Origin: an uncultured Chloroflexia bacterium | Lineage (GTDB): Bacteria; Chloroflexota; Anaerolineae; CG2-30-64-16 | NCBI GenBank assembly: GCA_963774265.1 | Contig: CAVZDU010000001.1 | Location: 576,001-640,000 of the forward strand | Reading direction: 5' to 3' | DNA length: 64,000 nt | Shown here: positions 39,069-49,154 of the stretch, piece after piece | Layout of the letters: every line of letters begins with the position of its first letter | Position numbering within the stretch: position 1 is the first letter of the stretch | The notes under the pieces: generated by a model | What the model was told of the DNA's origin: nothing | The model's input: the letters and a program-made list of their open reading frames with translations, nothing else | The model's database searches: none | Made by a program: the position numbers and the translations under genes

Positions 39069-40530
39069 TCAGCCCATCTTGTAAGCGGCCAGGGTGCGCT
39101 CGCGAGCCAGCGCGTGGTCCACGATGGGCGCGGGGTAGTCCTTGCCGATGACCATCCCCGCGAGCCGCTGCACCTCGGTCGGCGTCGGTCCACGGAGCGT
39201 GAATGGTCTTGTTGGGCACACGGGTCAGCTCAGGCACCCATCGGCGAATGGTCGTAGCTTCTGGATCGAACTTCTCGCCCTGCAACACGGGGTTGAACAC
39301 ACGGAAGTAGGGCGCTGCATCGGTCCCCACGCCCGCGGTCCATTGCCACCCGCCGTTATTGGCTGCCGGGTCGCCATCCACCAGGTGCTGCATGAAGAAC
39401 CGTTCACCCCAGCGCCAATCGATCAGCAGATCTTTGACCAGGAACGAGGCCACGATCATGCGGCCGCGGTTGTGCATCCATCCGAGTTGCACGAGCTGTC
39501 GCATGGACGCGTCGATCACCGGGTAGCCTGTCCGTCCTTCGCACCACGCCGCGAATTCTGCGCGATCGTTCCGCCAGCGGATGCCGCGCAGACTGGCCTG
39601 GAATTCCTGGCCGAGAACTGTGGGGAAATGATAGAGGACAGACTGGTAGAATTCGCGCCAGATCAGTTCGTTGAGCCAGGTCTCGGCGCCCTTTCGTGCC
39701 TCTGTATTTGGGGCATTGTCAACCGCATGACGGGCCGCCACAGCCGCACGCAGCGCCGAGACCATGCCGAACCTTAGATAGGGCGAAAGCTGTGAGGTCC
39801 CGTCCAGGTCCATGCGATTGCGCACCTCTCCATACTGGCTGATAGGCGCATCTTCGCCTTCTGCGAACGCACGCAGTCGGCGCAGCGCTTCGGCCTCGCC
39901 AGGCGGAAAGGGCACGACTGGGGGCAGCACGGCCGAGTGCAAGACCTTCGAGGTCTCAGGCCAACCGAAGGTTGGCACGACCTCGAAGGTCTGGTTAGAG
40001 AGGGACGCCACGTCGGGTGGCGGCGCCAGTCTTTCTGGTACCGGCATCAGGTCCCCGGGCGCAGGGAGTGGCAGCGACTTCCAGGCTCGGCTGAAGGGGG
40101 TATAGACGGTATAGCCTGTTCCGTCTGCCTTGCGGATCGCGTCGTATGGCCTGGCGGTGATGCCCTGGGTCAGGGTCAGGGGGACGCGCCCCGCCACAGC
40201 CGCATCGCGCTGCCGCGCATAGGGCCACGGATCGCCCTCCGCGAACACGGCAGACGCGCCGGTCTCCGCACAGAGCTGCGCCAACACCTCTGCCGGCTCA
40301 CCGCGACGGAGGATGAGCCGGCTGCCCCGTGCCCGCAGATCTGCGTCGAGCGCCGTTAGCCCTCCGAAGAGGAACGCCACGCGTTTTTCGCTGACGTCAC
40401 CGGCCTCGAGCAGTTTGGGGTCCAGCACGAAGACAGGGATGACCGGGGCTCCATGTGCCAGCGCCGCCTGCAGCGCGTAGTTGTCGTGCAGCCGCAAATC
40501 GCGGCGTGTCCACCAGATGGTCGGGGGCAT
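39069..40530 (-). CDS. phr: Deoxyribodipyrimidine photolyase, class I (frame break near 39190)
   Basis: [56 protein letters not shown]; shifted tail [10 protein letters not shown]. Confidence 0.93.
39942..39992 (-). repeat. REP/REPIN-like element, copy 3, in frame inside the photolyase gene
   Basis: Minus strand AGACCTTCGAGGTCGTGCCAACCTTCGGTTGGCCTGAGACCTCGAAGGTCT (51 nt), read as [16 protein letters not shown]. Confidence 0.88.
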
Positions 40531-40725
40531 GGGTCACTCCTTGTCGCCTGCGGTCTGCCCGCGAGGCGGCGCAACGATGATAAATTATACCCCATCAAGC
40601 CCTCAGCGCGTTTCGAGAGATCGGCCTGTGTCAAACAATCTACCCCGGCGCGTTGTCACCCGTCCCCAGCCGGGTGTATACTCCGGACGACAGGAGTTGA
40701 GACCATAACTGGTGTGGGAGTTGAC

Positions 40726-41172
40726 ATGAGCGAGGCGGGACGAGATCCCCTTTCCGAGTACGACCCACCACCTGGGTTGGTGGCTCTGGGTGCGCGCGTC
40801 GAAGTGGAGTTGATCTCGCACGATGGCGAGGCCGAGCTTCTTGCATTCGATATCGTGCAGGAGCAAGCCGCGGACTTTGACGCCGGCTTTCTCGCTATCA
40901 GCACGCCGCTGGCGCGCGCCATCGTAGGTCGGCCTGCCGGGTCGGAAGTGCCTTATCACATGGGCGACGTAGTGAAGGTGCGCATCCTCTCCATTGCGCG
41001 CAGCCAGCGCAAGGCTGACCGTGATGCTGCGGCTGAGCGCGAGGCAAGCACGCGTGAAGCCGTGCAGCGCGCCAAGACCGACGACACGATCCAATTGGCG
41101 TTGACCTTCAGCTCTAAGTGGGGTGACTATGACCCAACGCCTCTGGAGCGCGATGGGGACGCACAAGGATGA
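40726..41172 (+). CDS. GreA/GreB C-terminal-like domain protein
   Basis: VALGARVEV..FDIV..ADFDAGFLAISTPLARAIVGRPAG..V; no N-terminal coiled coil. Confidence 0.7.
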   Translation: MSEAGRDPLSEYDPPPGLVALGARVEVELISHDGEAELLAFDIVQEQAADFDAGFLAISTPLARAIVGRPAGSEVPYHMGDVVKVRILSIARSQRKADRDAAAEREASTREAVQRAKTDDTIQLALTFSSKWGDYDPTPLERDGDAQG

Positions 41173-41972
41173 CAGTCACGATTCGCCATCTCCACACACC
41201 TGCAGATGCGACCGCTGCCGTCGAACTGCAGCGCGCCATTTGGGGCGGTGATGAGGTCGCCGGTCACGTGCTGCTGACCGCGGCGCACAACGGCGGGCTG
41301 CTGGCTGGAGCGTTCGTCGCGGATCGGCTGGCAGGATTCGTCTGGAGCTTCCTGGGTTTAGACGAGCGCGTGCATCCGCCTCGGCTCAAGCACTGCTCGC
41401 ACATGCTTGGCGTTCATCCCGATTACCGCAACCAGGGTCTCGGTTTTGCGCTCAAGCGTTTTCAATGGGACTACGTGGCCGGTCAGGGGATCGAACTCAT
41501 CACGTGGACCTTCGATCCTCTGCTGGCTCCCAACGCGCATCTCAACATGGCGCGTCTCGGGGCAGTGTGCAACACCTACATGGAGGACGCCTACGGGCCG
41601 CTCGATGATGACCTCAACGCTGGCCTGCCGTCCGATCGACTGCAGGTCGACCTGTGGGTGAATGCGCAGCGCGTCCGTGCTGCTATGCGGGAAGGGCTGC
41701 CGCCGCGGGTGCTGCCACAGGCTGCTCTCTGGATCAACCCGCTGAACCCGCTTCCAGGCACGTCTGGATTGTCCGCCTGGGTCGCAGTGGCGATTCCGCT
41801 CGACTTCGGGAGGGTGAAAGCTGCGGACGGCGGCGTAGCCGCGGCGTGGCGCAGGGGCACGCGGCTCGTGTTCAAGTCCCTGTTTGGACAGGGCTACATG
41901 GTCGTAGATTTCCTGCGGCAGCCAACCTGCGGCTGCTATTTGCTGGCGCACGATCCCGATCCATCGCTCTGA
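41169..41972 (+). CDS. GNAT acyltransferase (putative D-amino acid N-succinyltransferase)
   Basis: LQRAIWG, HCSHMLGVHPDYRNQGLGFALK, WTFDPL..NAHLN..LGA, GLPSDR; adjacent to the OSBS/NSAR gene. Confidence 0.8.
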   Translation: MTVTIRHLHTPADATAAVELQRAIWGGDEVAGHVLLTAAHNGGLLAGAFVADRLAGFVWSFLGLDERVHPPRLKHCSHMLGVHPDYRNQGLGFALKRFQWDYVAGQGIELITWTFDPLLAPNAHLNMARLGAVCNTYMEDAYGPLDDDLNAGLPSDRLQVDLWVNAQRVRAAMREGLPPRVLPQAALWINPLNPLPGTSGLSAWVAVAIPLDFGRVKAADGGVAAAWRRGTRLVFKSLFGQGYMVVDFLRQPTCGCYLLAHDPDPSL

Positions 41973-41998
41973 CCCAGGTCATTTTAGAAGGACCTCCC

Positions 41999-43110
41999 AT
42001 GCGCATCGAACAGATCACCCTCCATCATCTTCGCATGCCCTTGGTGGCGCCGTTCGAGACCTCGTTCGGCCGTATCACCGATCGGGAGTGCATCCTGATC
42101 CTGATTGCGTCCGAAGGTTTGATCGGCTACGGTGAATGCACGGCTGATCGCAACCCCGGCTACGCCTACGAAACGACTGGGACCGCCTGGCACATCCTGA
42201 ACGATTTCCTATGCCCCGCGATTTTGGGGCAGGATGTCGCCGGTCCGGCGGATTATCGGGGGCGCGTTGCGGGTGTGCGCGGGCATCCGATGGCCAAGGC
42301 CGGCTTGGAGATGGCGCTGTGGGATTTGCTCGGCAAACGCGAAGGGCGGTCATTGCAGGACTTGCTCGGTGGGAGCCGCGAACGCGTGGATGTGGGTGTG
42401 TCAGTCGGGCTCCAGGCATCGCCTCAGGCGCTGGTCGGGACGATCGACCGCTACCTGGAGCAAGGGTACCGGCGCATCAAGATCAAGATCAAGCCGGGTC
42501 GGGACGTGGAGGATGCCCGCACAGTGCGGTCAGCATTCCCTGATATTCGGCTGCAGGTCGACGCGAACTCGGCCTACACACTCGAAACCGCTGGCGTGCT
42601 GGCGCCTCTCGACGACCTGGACCTGCTCCTGATCGAGCAGCCGCTCTCGGAGGACGACATCTGGGATCACCGCCAGCTTCAGGCTCGGCTGCGCACGCCG
42701 ATTTGCCTGGACGAGAGCATCCTGACCGCTCGCCACGCGCGCCAGGCGATCGAGATGGGGGCGTGCCGGGTGATCAACATCAAGGCCGGCCGCGTCGGAG
42801 GGCTGGCCGAGGCTGTCGCGGTGCACGACGTCTGCCGCGTTCGCGATATCCCCGTTTGGTGCGGCGGAATGCTCGAGACGGGCGTCGGCCGCGCCGCGAA
42901 CCTTGCGCTCGCCAGTCTGCCGGGCTTCACCTTGCCCGGCGACATCTCGGCCTCAGATCGTTACTACCGCGCGACATCACCCGCGAGCGTTTTGCGCTCA
43001 ACGACGATAGCACCATCACGGTCCCGCGGGGCGTGGGCCTGGGGGTGGAGCTGGACATGACAGCCGTGCGTGATTTTGCGCTGCGTTCGACCGTGCTGGG
43101 CCCCGCGTAG
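41999..43110 (+). CDS. menC: o-succinylbenzoate synthase / N-succinylamino acid racemase (frame break near 42970)
   Basis: PFETSFG, KIKIKPG, VDANSAY, IEQPL, CLDESI, INIKAGRVGG, WCGGMLETG, PGDISAS. Confidence 0.88.
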
Positions 43111-43138
43111 GCCGGGGGCGCATGGGTGAAGGGTGTGA

Positions 43139-43153
43139 AGGTGCCCGGCACCT
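43139..43153. repeat. Short palindrome between convergent genes
   Basis: AGGTGCC-C-GGCACCT. Confidence 0.45.
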
Positions 43154-43172
43154 CTGGGTCGTCTCCTTGCTG

Positions 43173-44225
43173 TCAATCAAACAACCGCTCGAATGGAATT
43201 TCGACCTTCGCCTCTTCGGTGATCACCCGGCATAACATTCGCAGCAGCGGAAGTTCGTGCTTGCCGATGCGCCCCTGTCGCTCCCACTCGGGCAGCACCT
43301 GGGCCATCTGCTTGACGATGTACGCGCCTTCCAGCGTCTCCCCGACCATCTCGAGCACCGCCTCGGTGTAGGTGAGCCCGGCGCCGAGCAGCCGGCCCAA
43401 GCGGATCGTCCTTCCTCCCACGCAGGTCACGTACTGGTCGCCCACGCCCGGCAGCCACGGCACATTTTCGATGCCGCCGCCGAGCAGGTCAACGACGCGC
43501 GACATCTCTCGCGCGCTCGCGCCAAACAGCGCAGCCGCCAGGTTGTGCATGGATGCGCCGGCATTGTCCGGCCCACCATCGAGGTCGAGCCGGCCCGTGG
43601 CCATACCGATGGCGATCGTATAGGCGTTTTTCAGTGCGGCGCAGGTTTCCACGCCTACAATATCGGTCGAGGTCCAAATGTGGTAGTAATTGGTCGCGAA
43701 AGTGGCGCGCAGGCGGCTCAGCGCAGGAGCATCCCGGCCCGTGAAAACCACACAACTTTGCCGCCGCCCGGCGAGCTCACCAGCGATGCAAGGCCCGGCA
43801 ATGGCCGACAGGGTGACCTGATCGCGGATCTTCTCAGGCAATTCGTCGCGCAGCAGGTCGGGCAGGATGCGCAACCCGCCGTTTGCGCCCGCCTCCAGTC
43901 CCTTGGTGACCGCGAGGATCGTCGCGCCCGGCCACAGGACTGGGCCGAGTGTGCGCGCGATCCAGTGCACGCCCGGTGAACTCACGCCGCTGACGATGAC
44001 ATCCGCGCCATCCAATGCCTTCGGCAGCTCCTCGAGGTAGTACGGCGTTACCCTGCTCGGCAGGCGCCGCCGCAGCTTTGGGTGGTAGCCACTGTCGAGG
44101 CACGAGCGAATGATCGCCGCATCCAGGTGCGTGCCGACCAATCGCACGTCGTGGCCGTTATCTGCCAACGGCCACGTGACCGCCGTGCCCATGAGCCCCG
44201 CGCCGAGGATCGTAATAATTGCCAT
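43173..44225 (-). CDS. Divergent NAD(P)H-dependent glycerol-3-phosphate dehydrogenase family protein
   Basis: ILGAGLMG, VTKGL, AGPCIA.E, DIVGVE..AALKN, GVGDQYVTC..GR, LEG. Confidence 0.8.
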   Translation of the reverse strand: MAIITILGAGLMGTAVTWPLADNGHDVRLVGTHLDAAIIRSCLDSGYHPKLRRRLPSRVTPYYLEELPKALDGADVIVSGVSSPGVHWIARTLGPVLWPGATILAVTKGLEAGANGGLRILPDLLRDELPEKIRDQVTLSAIAGPCIAGELAGRRQSCVVFTGRDAPALSRLRATFATNYYHIWTSTDIVGVETCAALKNAYTIAIGMATGRLDLDGGPDNAGASMHNLAAALFGASAREMSRVVDLLGGGIENVPWLPGVGDQYVTCVGGRTIRLGRLLGAGLTYTEAVLEMVGETLEGAYIVKQMAQVLPEWERQGRIGKHELPLLRMLCRVITEEAKVEIPFERLFD

Positions 44226-44253
44226 GCTTGCCCGCTCCGTAATGTATGATCTT

Positions 44254-44577
44254 TTACGACACGTTTGCGCTGAGCACCTCCTCTGAGATAAAGAACTGTG
44301 GTTCCGAGATTCGCTCCAGCGACACGGCCAGTTCTGCCTGGTATGTCGGGTCGAAGAACGACTTTTCGAAGGTTGCCATGTCGGGGAAGTATGCCTCGGT
44401 CATGTACCGATAGGTCGTCTCCGCCTCCGGCCAACCTCGCCGTATCACGTAGAAGTCACTCTTAATGAGTCCAGGCATCGCCATATTGTCGCGCTGGTGC
44501 TCAGTCGTGCGCCAGTTGAGAAACGCCTCATGGTCCGCACCCGGAGGCAACGTGTAAATCACCGTCAGCTTGATCAT
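44254..44577 (-). CDS. EthD-family protein
   Basis: MIKLTVIY..P..EAF..W..EH..MPGL..EAYFPD. Confidence 0.7.
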   Translation of the reverse strand: MIKLTVIYTLPPGADHEAFLNWRTTEHQRDNMAMPGLIKSDFYVIRRGWPEAETTYRYMTEAYFPDMATFEKSFFDPTYQAELAVSLERISEPQFFISEEVLSANVS

Positions 44578-46331
44578 CTGGTCCTCTCCTTATGTTGACT
44601 TACTCGCTGTGCCCGCAAGACCACCGTGGCCGCGCGATCGACGGTCCCATTGCTCCGATCTACCACCACCCCATAGAGCCGTGCAGCGTCCTCGGATGAC
44701 AGCAAGTCCGCCCGCAAGTCCGTTTCCACCAGGTCGATGTCTCGCTCCAGTGGATCACCGTAGCCGCCGCCTACTCCCGTGACGAGGCGGGCTACATCCC
44801 CACGCGCCAGCGGGTAACGCGCCAATTTACCGCGCCATATGACCGGCTCTTCTACTCCCAACTTTTTCACGGCTACACCGTTGGGCGAGCCTTCCATCCC
44901 CTCGGCATCCCCCCACGGTGGATAGCGGTGCCGGCCGAATGTAGTCGTCAATGTCGCGCTTTCGCACAACACCCGGTACTCGCGCACCAGTCCGAATCCA
45001 CCCCGGTGCCTTCCTGCACCTGCGGGCGCGGTGTTAAACTCATATCGCTCCACAAGCAGCGGGTAGCGTCCCTCACATACCTCGACGGGCATGACATATG
45101 TCTCCCCATCGCCGACGGGCACCATGGCGCTCGTGCCATCGCGCGTCGCAGTCGCGCCCCAGCCACCGGCCTGTGGTTCAACCATGATGAAGGTCTTCCC
45201 GTCCTCGTCCTGGCCGCTGATAATGGTGCCGCACACGCTCAGGTGATGTCCCGCGCTCAGCCGATCGGGCAGCGCCGGGAAGAGCGCGCGCCAGATCAAG
45301 TCCACCGCGTAGGCGCCTGTCTCCCAATACGTCGACACTGGCGCGGGGCGGCGGGCAGTGAAGATCGTCCCCTCGGGACAGACCACCTGAAGTGGACGGA
45401 ACCATCCCTCATTCACGGGCGCTTGCGGGTCTGTAATTGCCTTGAACATGGTGCGGCAGGCTGAGTGTAGTCGGGTGCGGGTGCAGTTCACCGGCCCGCG
45501 CACCTGCTGCGCTGAGCCCGTGTAATCCGCGATGAATGCATCCGGCGTGATGTGCACGTTAACGCATACGTAGATTGGATCAGCGCTCAGCCCGTCGTCG
45601 TCGATCCACTCCTCGGCGAAGTATGATCCATGCGGCAACTCCGCCAATGCTTGCCGTGCGAGTTGTTCGCCGTGCTCCAGGATAGTTGCCACGCTCTCCC
45701 GGAATGCTGCCAAGCCATAGCGTTGGCAGATTTCGATCACTCGGCGTTCACCGCTGCGCAAGCTGGCAACACCGGCATAGAGGTCGCCCAGCGTCCGCTC
45801 CGGCGTCCGAACGTTCGCCGCAATCAGGTCGATGAGGCTATCGATCGGTCGCCCCCCTTCGTAGAGTCGGATTGCGGGGAACTGCAACCCCTCCTGGTAA
45901 ATCTCTGTGCTATCGGTGGTCCAACTCCCCGCGGCCATCCCGCCCACCTCGGTCCAGTGCGCCTTGTTTACACTGAAGGCCACGATCTGATTCTCGACGA
46001 AGATGGGCGCAATCAAAGCCACATCCGAGAGGTGGTTGCCGCCACCGATGAAAGGATCATTCGTCATGAAGATGTCGCCCGGCGCCATCCGGTCGAGCGA
46101 GTGCTTCTCCACGATCGCCTTAACTGCAAATGTCAGAGTTCCCAGGAATCCCGGCACCCCATTAGCTTGCGCGATGAGGTCGCCCACCGGGTCCGTCAGC
46201 GCACATGCGTAGTCCAGCACCTCGTAGATAATGGGGCTCTGGCTGCTGCGGCCCAGGGTGATAAAGCTCTCCTCCGCGGCCGCAATGAGCTGTTCCCGGA
46301 TGATCTCAATGGTGAACGGATCCGTCTTCAC
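44574..46331 (-). CDS. Hydantoinase B / oxoprolinase subunit (copy 2)
   Basis: DPFTIEII, SPIIYEVLDY, PGDIFMTNDPF.GGNHLSD, KAHWTEVGG, EIYQEG, GAGRHRGG, GGGYGDP. Confidence 0.92.
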   Translation of the reverse strand: MKTDPFTIEIIREQLIAAAEESFITLGRSSQSPIIYEVLDYACALTDPVGDLIAQANGVPGFLGTLTFAVKAIVEKHSLDRMAPGDIFMTNDPFIGGGNHLSDVALIAPIFVENQIVAFSVNKAHWTEVGGMAAGSWTTDSTEIYQEGLQFPAIRLYEGGRPIDSLIDLIAANVRTPERTLGDLYAGVASLRSGERRVIEICQRYGLAAFRESVATILEHGEQLARQALAELPHGSYFAEEWIDDDGLSADPIYVCVNVHITPDAFIADYTGSAQQVRGPVNCTRTRLHSACRTMFKAITDPQAPVNEGWFRPLQVVCPEGTIFTARRPAPVSTYWETGAYAVDLIWRALFPALPDRLSAGHHLSVCGTIISGQDEDGKTFIMVEPQAGGWGATATRDGTSAMVPVGDGETYVMPVEVCEGRYPLLVERYEFNTAPAGAGRHRGGFGLVREYRVLCESATLTTTFGRHRYPPWGDAEGMEGSPNGVAVKKLGVEEPVIWRGKLARYPLARGDVARLVTGVGGGYGDPLERDIDLVETDLRADLLSSEDAARLYGVVVDRSNGTVDRAATVVLRAQRVSQHKERTR

Positions 46332-47068
46332 TTCAGCAGACCCCACATATCCACCTCATGCTGCGGCGGCGCTTCGCTGCCCCAACGCCGGCTCGGGTGC
46401 CAGCCAAAGCGCGCGGCTGTGTCGGCGAGCATCTCCGCGTATTTAAATGGCGCCAGCACCGCGTCGATCACGGGCACCCCCAATGTGTCCTGCATTTGCC
46501 GATGGAACCCGTACTCCGCAGTACAGCCCAGAATCAGCACCTCAGCGCCATCTTCTTCCACGGCCTTGCGTCCCTCTGTCAACAGCCGACTGCAAGTCCG
46601 CTGGTGATCCGCCTGGAAATCATGGACACCCAGGTCCAATGGCCGCATAGAGGCTAGCTGATGGCTGTGGCCGTACAAGCGAACATTTTCGCTCATCTTT
46701 GGGATCCATTTGCGGCGGCCCACCAGCACTGAGAAGCGATTGCCCAGATTGCTCGCGATGGCTGTAGCGGATTGGCACGGTGCGGTTACGATGGCGCGGC
46801 CCGACACCTCGCGTGCCTCGCGCAAACCGACGTCGTAAAAGCAGCCGATCACGACCGCGTCATGTGTGCTGGCCGCCTTATAGGTCAGCCGCACGATGTC
46901 CGCCACCACCAGGCCTTCGTACGCGTGGTACTCCAGGTGTTGTGGTCGCCCTGCCGGCAGCGAGATCACGTCCACCTGGCAGTCGGATCGTGCAGCCGCC
47001 GAGAGCATCTTTTGCGTGTCGGCGTCGAACAATGTCGCGCCCACTGGGTTAATCCACAGGATACGCAT
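46328..47068 (-). CDS. Hydantoin racemase (Asp/Glu racemase family)
   Basis: MRILWINP, VIGCFYDVG and ILGCT catalytic Cys pair, GVPVID. Confidence 0.88.
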   Translation of the reverse strand: MRILWINPVGATLFDADTQKMLSAAARSDCQVDVISLPAGRPQHLEYHAYEGLVVADIVRLTYKAASTHDAVVIGCFYDVGLREAREVSGRAIVTAPCQSATAIASNLGNRFSVLVGRRKWIPKMSENVRLYGHSHQLASMRPLDLGVHDFQADHQRTCSRLLTEGRKAVEEDGAEVLILGCTAEYGFHRQMQDTLGVPVIDAVLAPFKYAEMLADTAARFGWHPSRRWGSEAPPQHEVDMWGLLK

Positions 47069-47091
47069 CGTGGCTCCTCCGTCCGCGTCGC

Positions 47092-49136
47092 TCAAGCAGG
47101 TTCGATATGCAGGAAACCGTAACCGTCACGGCGTATGTGCTGGCCCGGGAAGACCACGGTTGTTGATGCTGGCTCCTCAATTACCAGTGGGCCCTCCAAC
47201 GCGACGTCGAGAGGCAAGAGATCGCGTTCATAGATTGCCGCGTCCTGGAAACCCAACTCGTCGAAGTTCACCCGCCGCACCCCCTTGTGCGCAGCCGCCA
47301 GGCTCATCTCCCCTCCCGGCACTTGCCGCAGTGCCGGCTTATGGACTCCTCCCCAAGCCGTCAGATGGCAGTTGACGAACTCCACCGGCGACGAGAGCCG
47401 GAAGGCGTAGGTGTGCTCGTGCTCAGCATGGAAGCGCTGCTCGATCTCTGTCATCGCATCCGCAGTGATAACACCACCGGGCAACATCACCTTCACCGTA
47501 TGCTCCTGCCCCAGATAGCGCATGTCGGCGAAGCGTTGGAATACCAATGTTGCGAGCGTTCCGCCCTGGGCGACCAGGTCTCGTGCGGCCTGCGCCTCCA
47601 GGGCGGTATAGATGGCTTCGATATGCTCCGGTGCGATGTGGTCGGTTCGAGTTACGTGCGTTCGAATAATGTCCTGACGAAGGTCCGTCATAAGCATGCC
47701 CCACGCCGAAAAAACGGAGGCATTGGGTGGGATGACCACCTTCCTAACACGCAGCTCGCGCATCAGTGCGGCCGCGTGCATCGCGCCGCCGCCGCCGAAT
47801 GCGACCAACACGAAATCCCGCGGGTCGTACCCCCTTCGCACCGATACCAGTTTGAGCGCGTTAATCATGCTCGCGTCCGCCAATCGGATCACGCCCATAG
47901 CCATGTCTTCCACACTGATCCGAAACGCTGCTGCGAGCGGCGCGAGTGCATCTCGCGCTTTGTCAACGTCCAACGGGATTTCACCGCCCAGAAAGTAGGC
48001 TGGGTTAATGCGCCCGCGATCACATTGGCGTCGGTCACGGTTGGTTGCGTGCCACCCCAGTTGTAGCAAGCAGGACCAGGGTCCGCGCCCGCGCTCACCG
48101 GGCCGACGCGCAGCGCGCCCGCCTTGTCGATCCAGGCGATGGATCCGCCGCCTGCACCGATCTCCACAATATCCACAGTAGGAACGAGGATGGGATATCC
48201 GGCGAAGAATGGCGTGTGGCCAATCTTGTAGCTGGTGGTGATCCGGGGGACGCCGCTTTCGATTAGCGAGGTTTTTGCCGTGGTGCCACCGATGTCCAAC
48301 GAGATAACGTTCGGTTCGCCCAACGACTCGCCGATGACTGCAGCGCCAATGACGCCAGCCACGGGTCCGGACTCCACGAGCTTTATTGGCGTTCGGCGGG
48401 CGTCGTCGAAAGTGGTGTTCCCGCCATTCGACTGCATTGCGTGGTAGACCCGGGACATGCCTGCCTTGGACAGGTTAGCTTCCAGGTTGTTGAGGTAGCC
48501 CGCTGCCACGGGCAAGACGTAGCTGTTCAGTACAGCCGTGTTAGTGCGTTCGTACTCGCGCCACTCCTGGGTGATCTCATGTGATAGAGTCACATGCAAG
48601 TCCGGCGCCAGCTCGGCAATGATTTGGCCGCACGCTTGCTCGTGAGCCGGATTGGCGTACGAGTGAAGGAAGCACACGGCGATAGCTGCCACACCCTCCG
48701 CCCGGCACGCCTCTACCGCGGCTCGCACACCTGCGCCATCGAGCGGCACGAGCTCTTCGCCCTGTGCGTTCACCCGTCCGGCCACCTCAAACCGCAGGCG
48801 TCTGGGGACGAACGGCGCCGGTTTGGAGTATTGCAGGTTATAGATGTCGGGGCGATTGGCGCGGCCGATTTCCAGGACATCTCGAAAGCCCTGCGTCGTG
48901 ATAAGTGCGGTCACCGCTCCCTTACGTTCCGTCAGCGCATTGATGATAACCGTGGAACCGTGGACGAAGAAGCTTGTGTCCGCGATGCGGATGCCTGCTT
49001 TACGAAGCGTCTCCATCACGCCCATCGCGAAGTCTCTGGGCGTGGTGGATGCCTTGGCAACCCCCGCCATCCCGGTCGTTTCATCGAGAAAGGCAAGATC
49101 GGAAAAAGTTCCGCCTACGTCGCTGGCTACCCGCAT
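47092..49136 (-). CDS. Hydantoinase A / oxoprolinase subunit (copy 2; frame break near 48020)
   Basis: DVGGTFSD, HGSTVIINAL, REYERTNT, ESGPVAG, DIGGTT, GAGGGSIA; shifted frame AFGGGG.H, RYLGQEH. Confidence 0.92.
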
Positions 49137-49154
49137 CGCAGTTTCCTCCCGGCC

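Noticed and set aside
26253-39992. Palindromic repeats as a CRISPR array
   Set aside because: Copies are kilobases apart and in both orientations, with no regular spacers and no cas genes.
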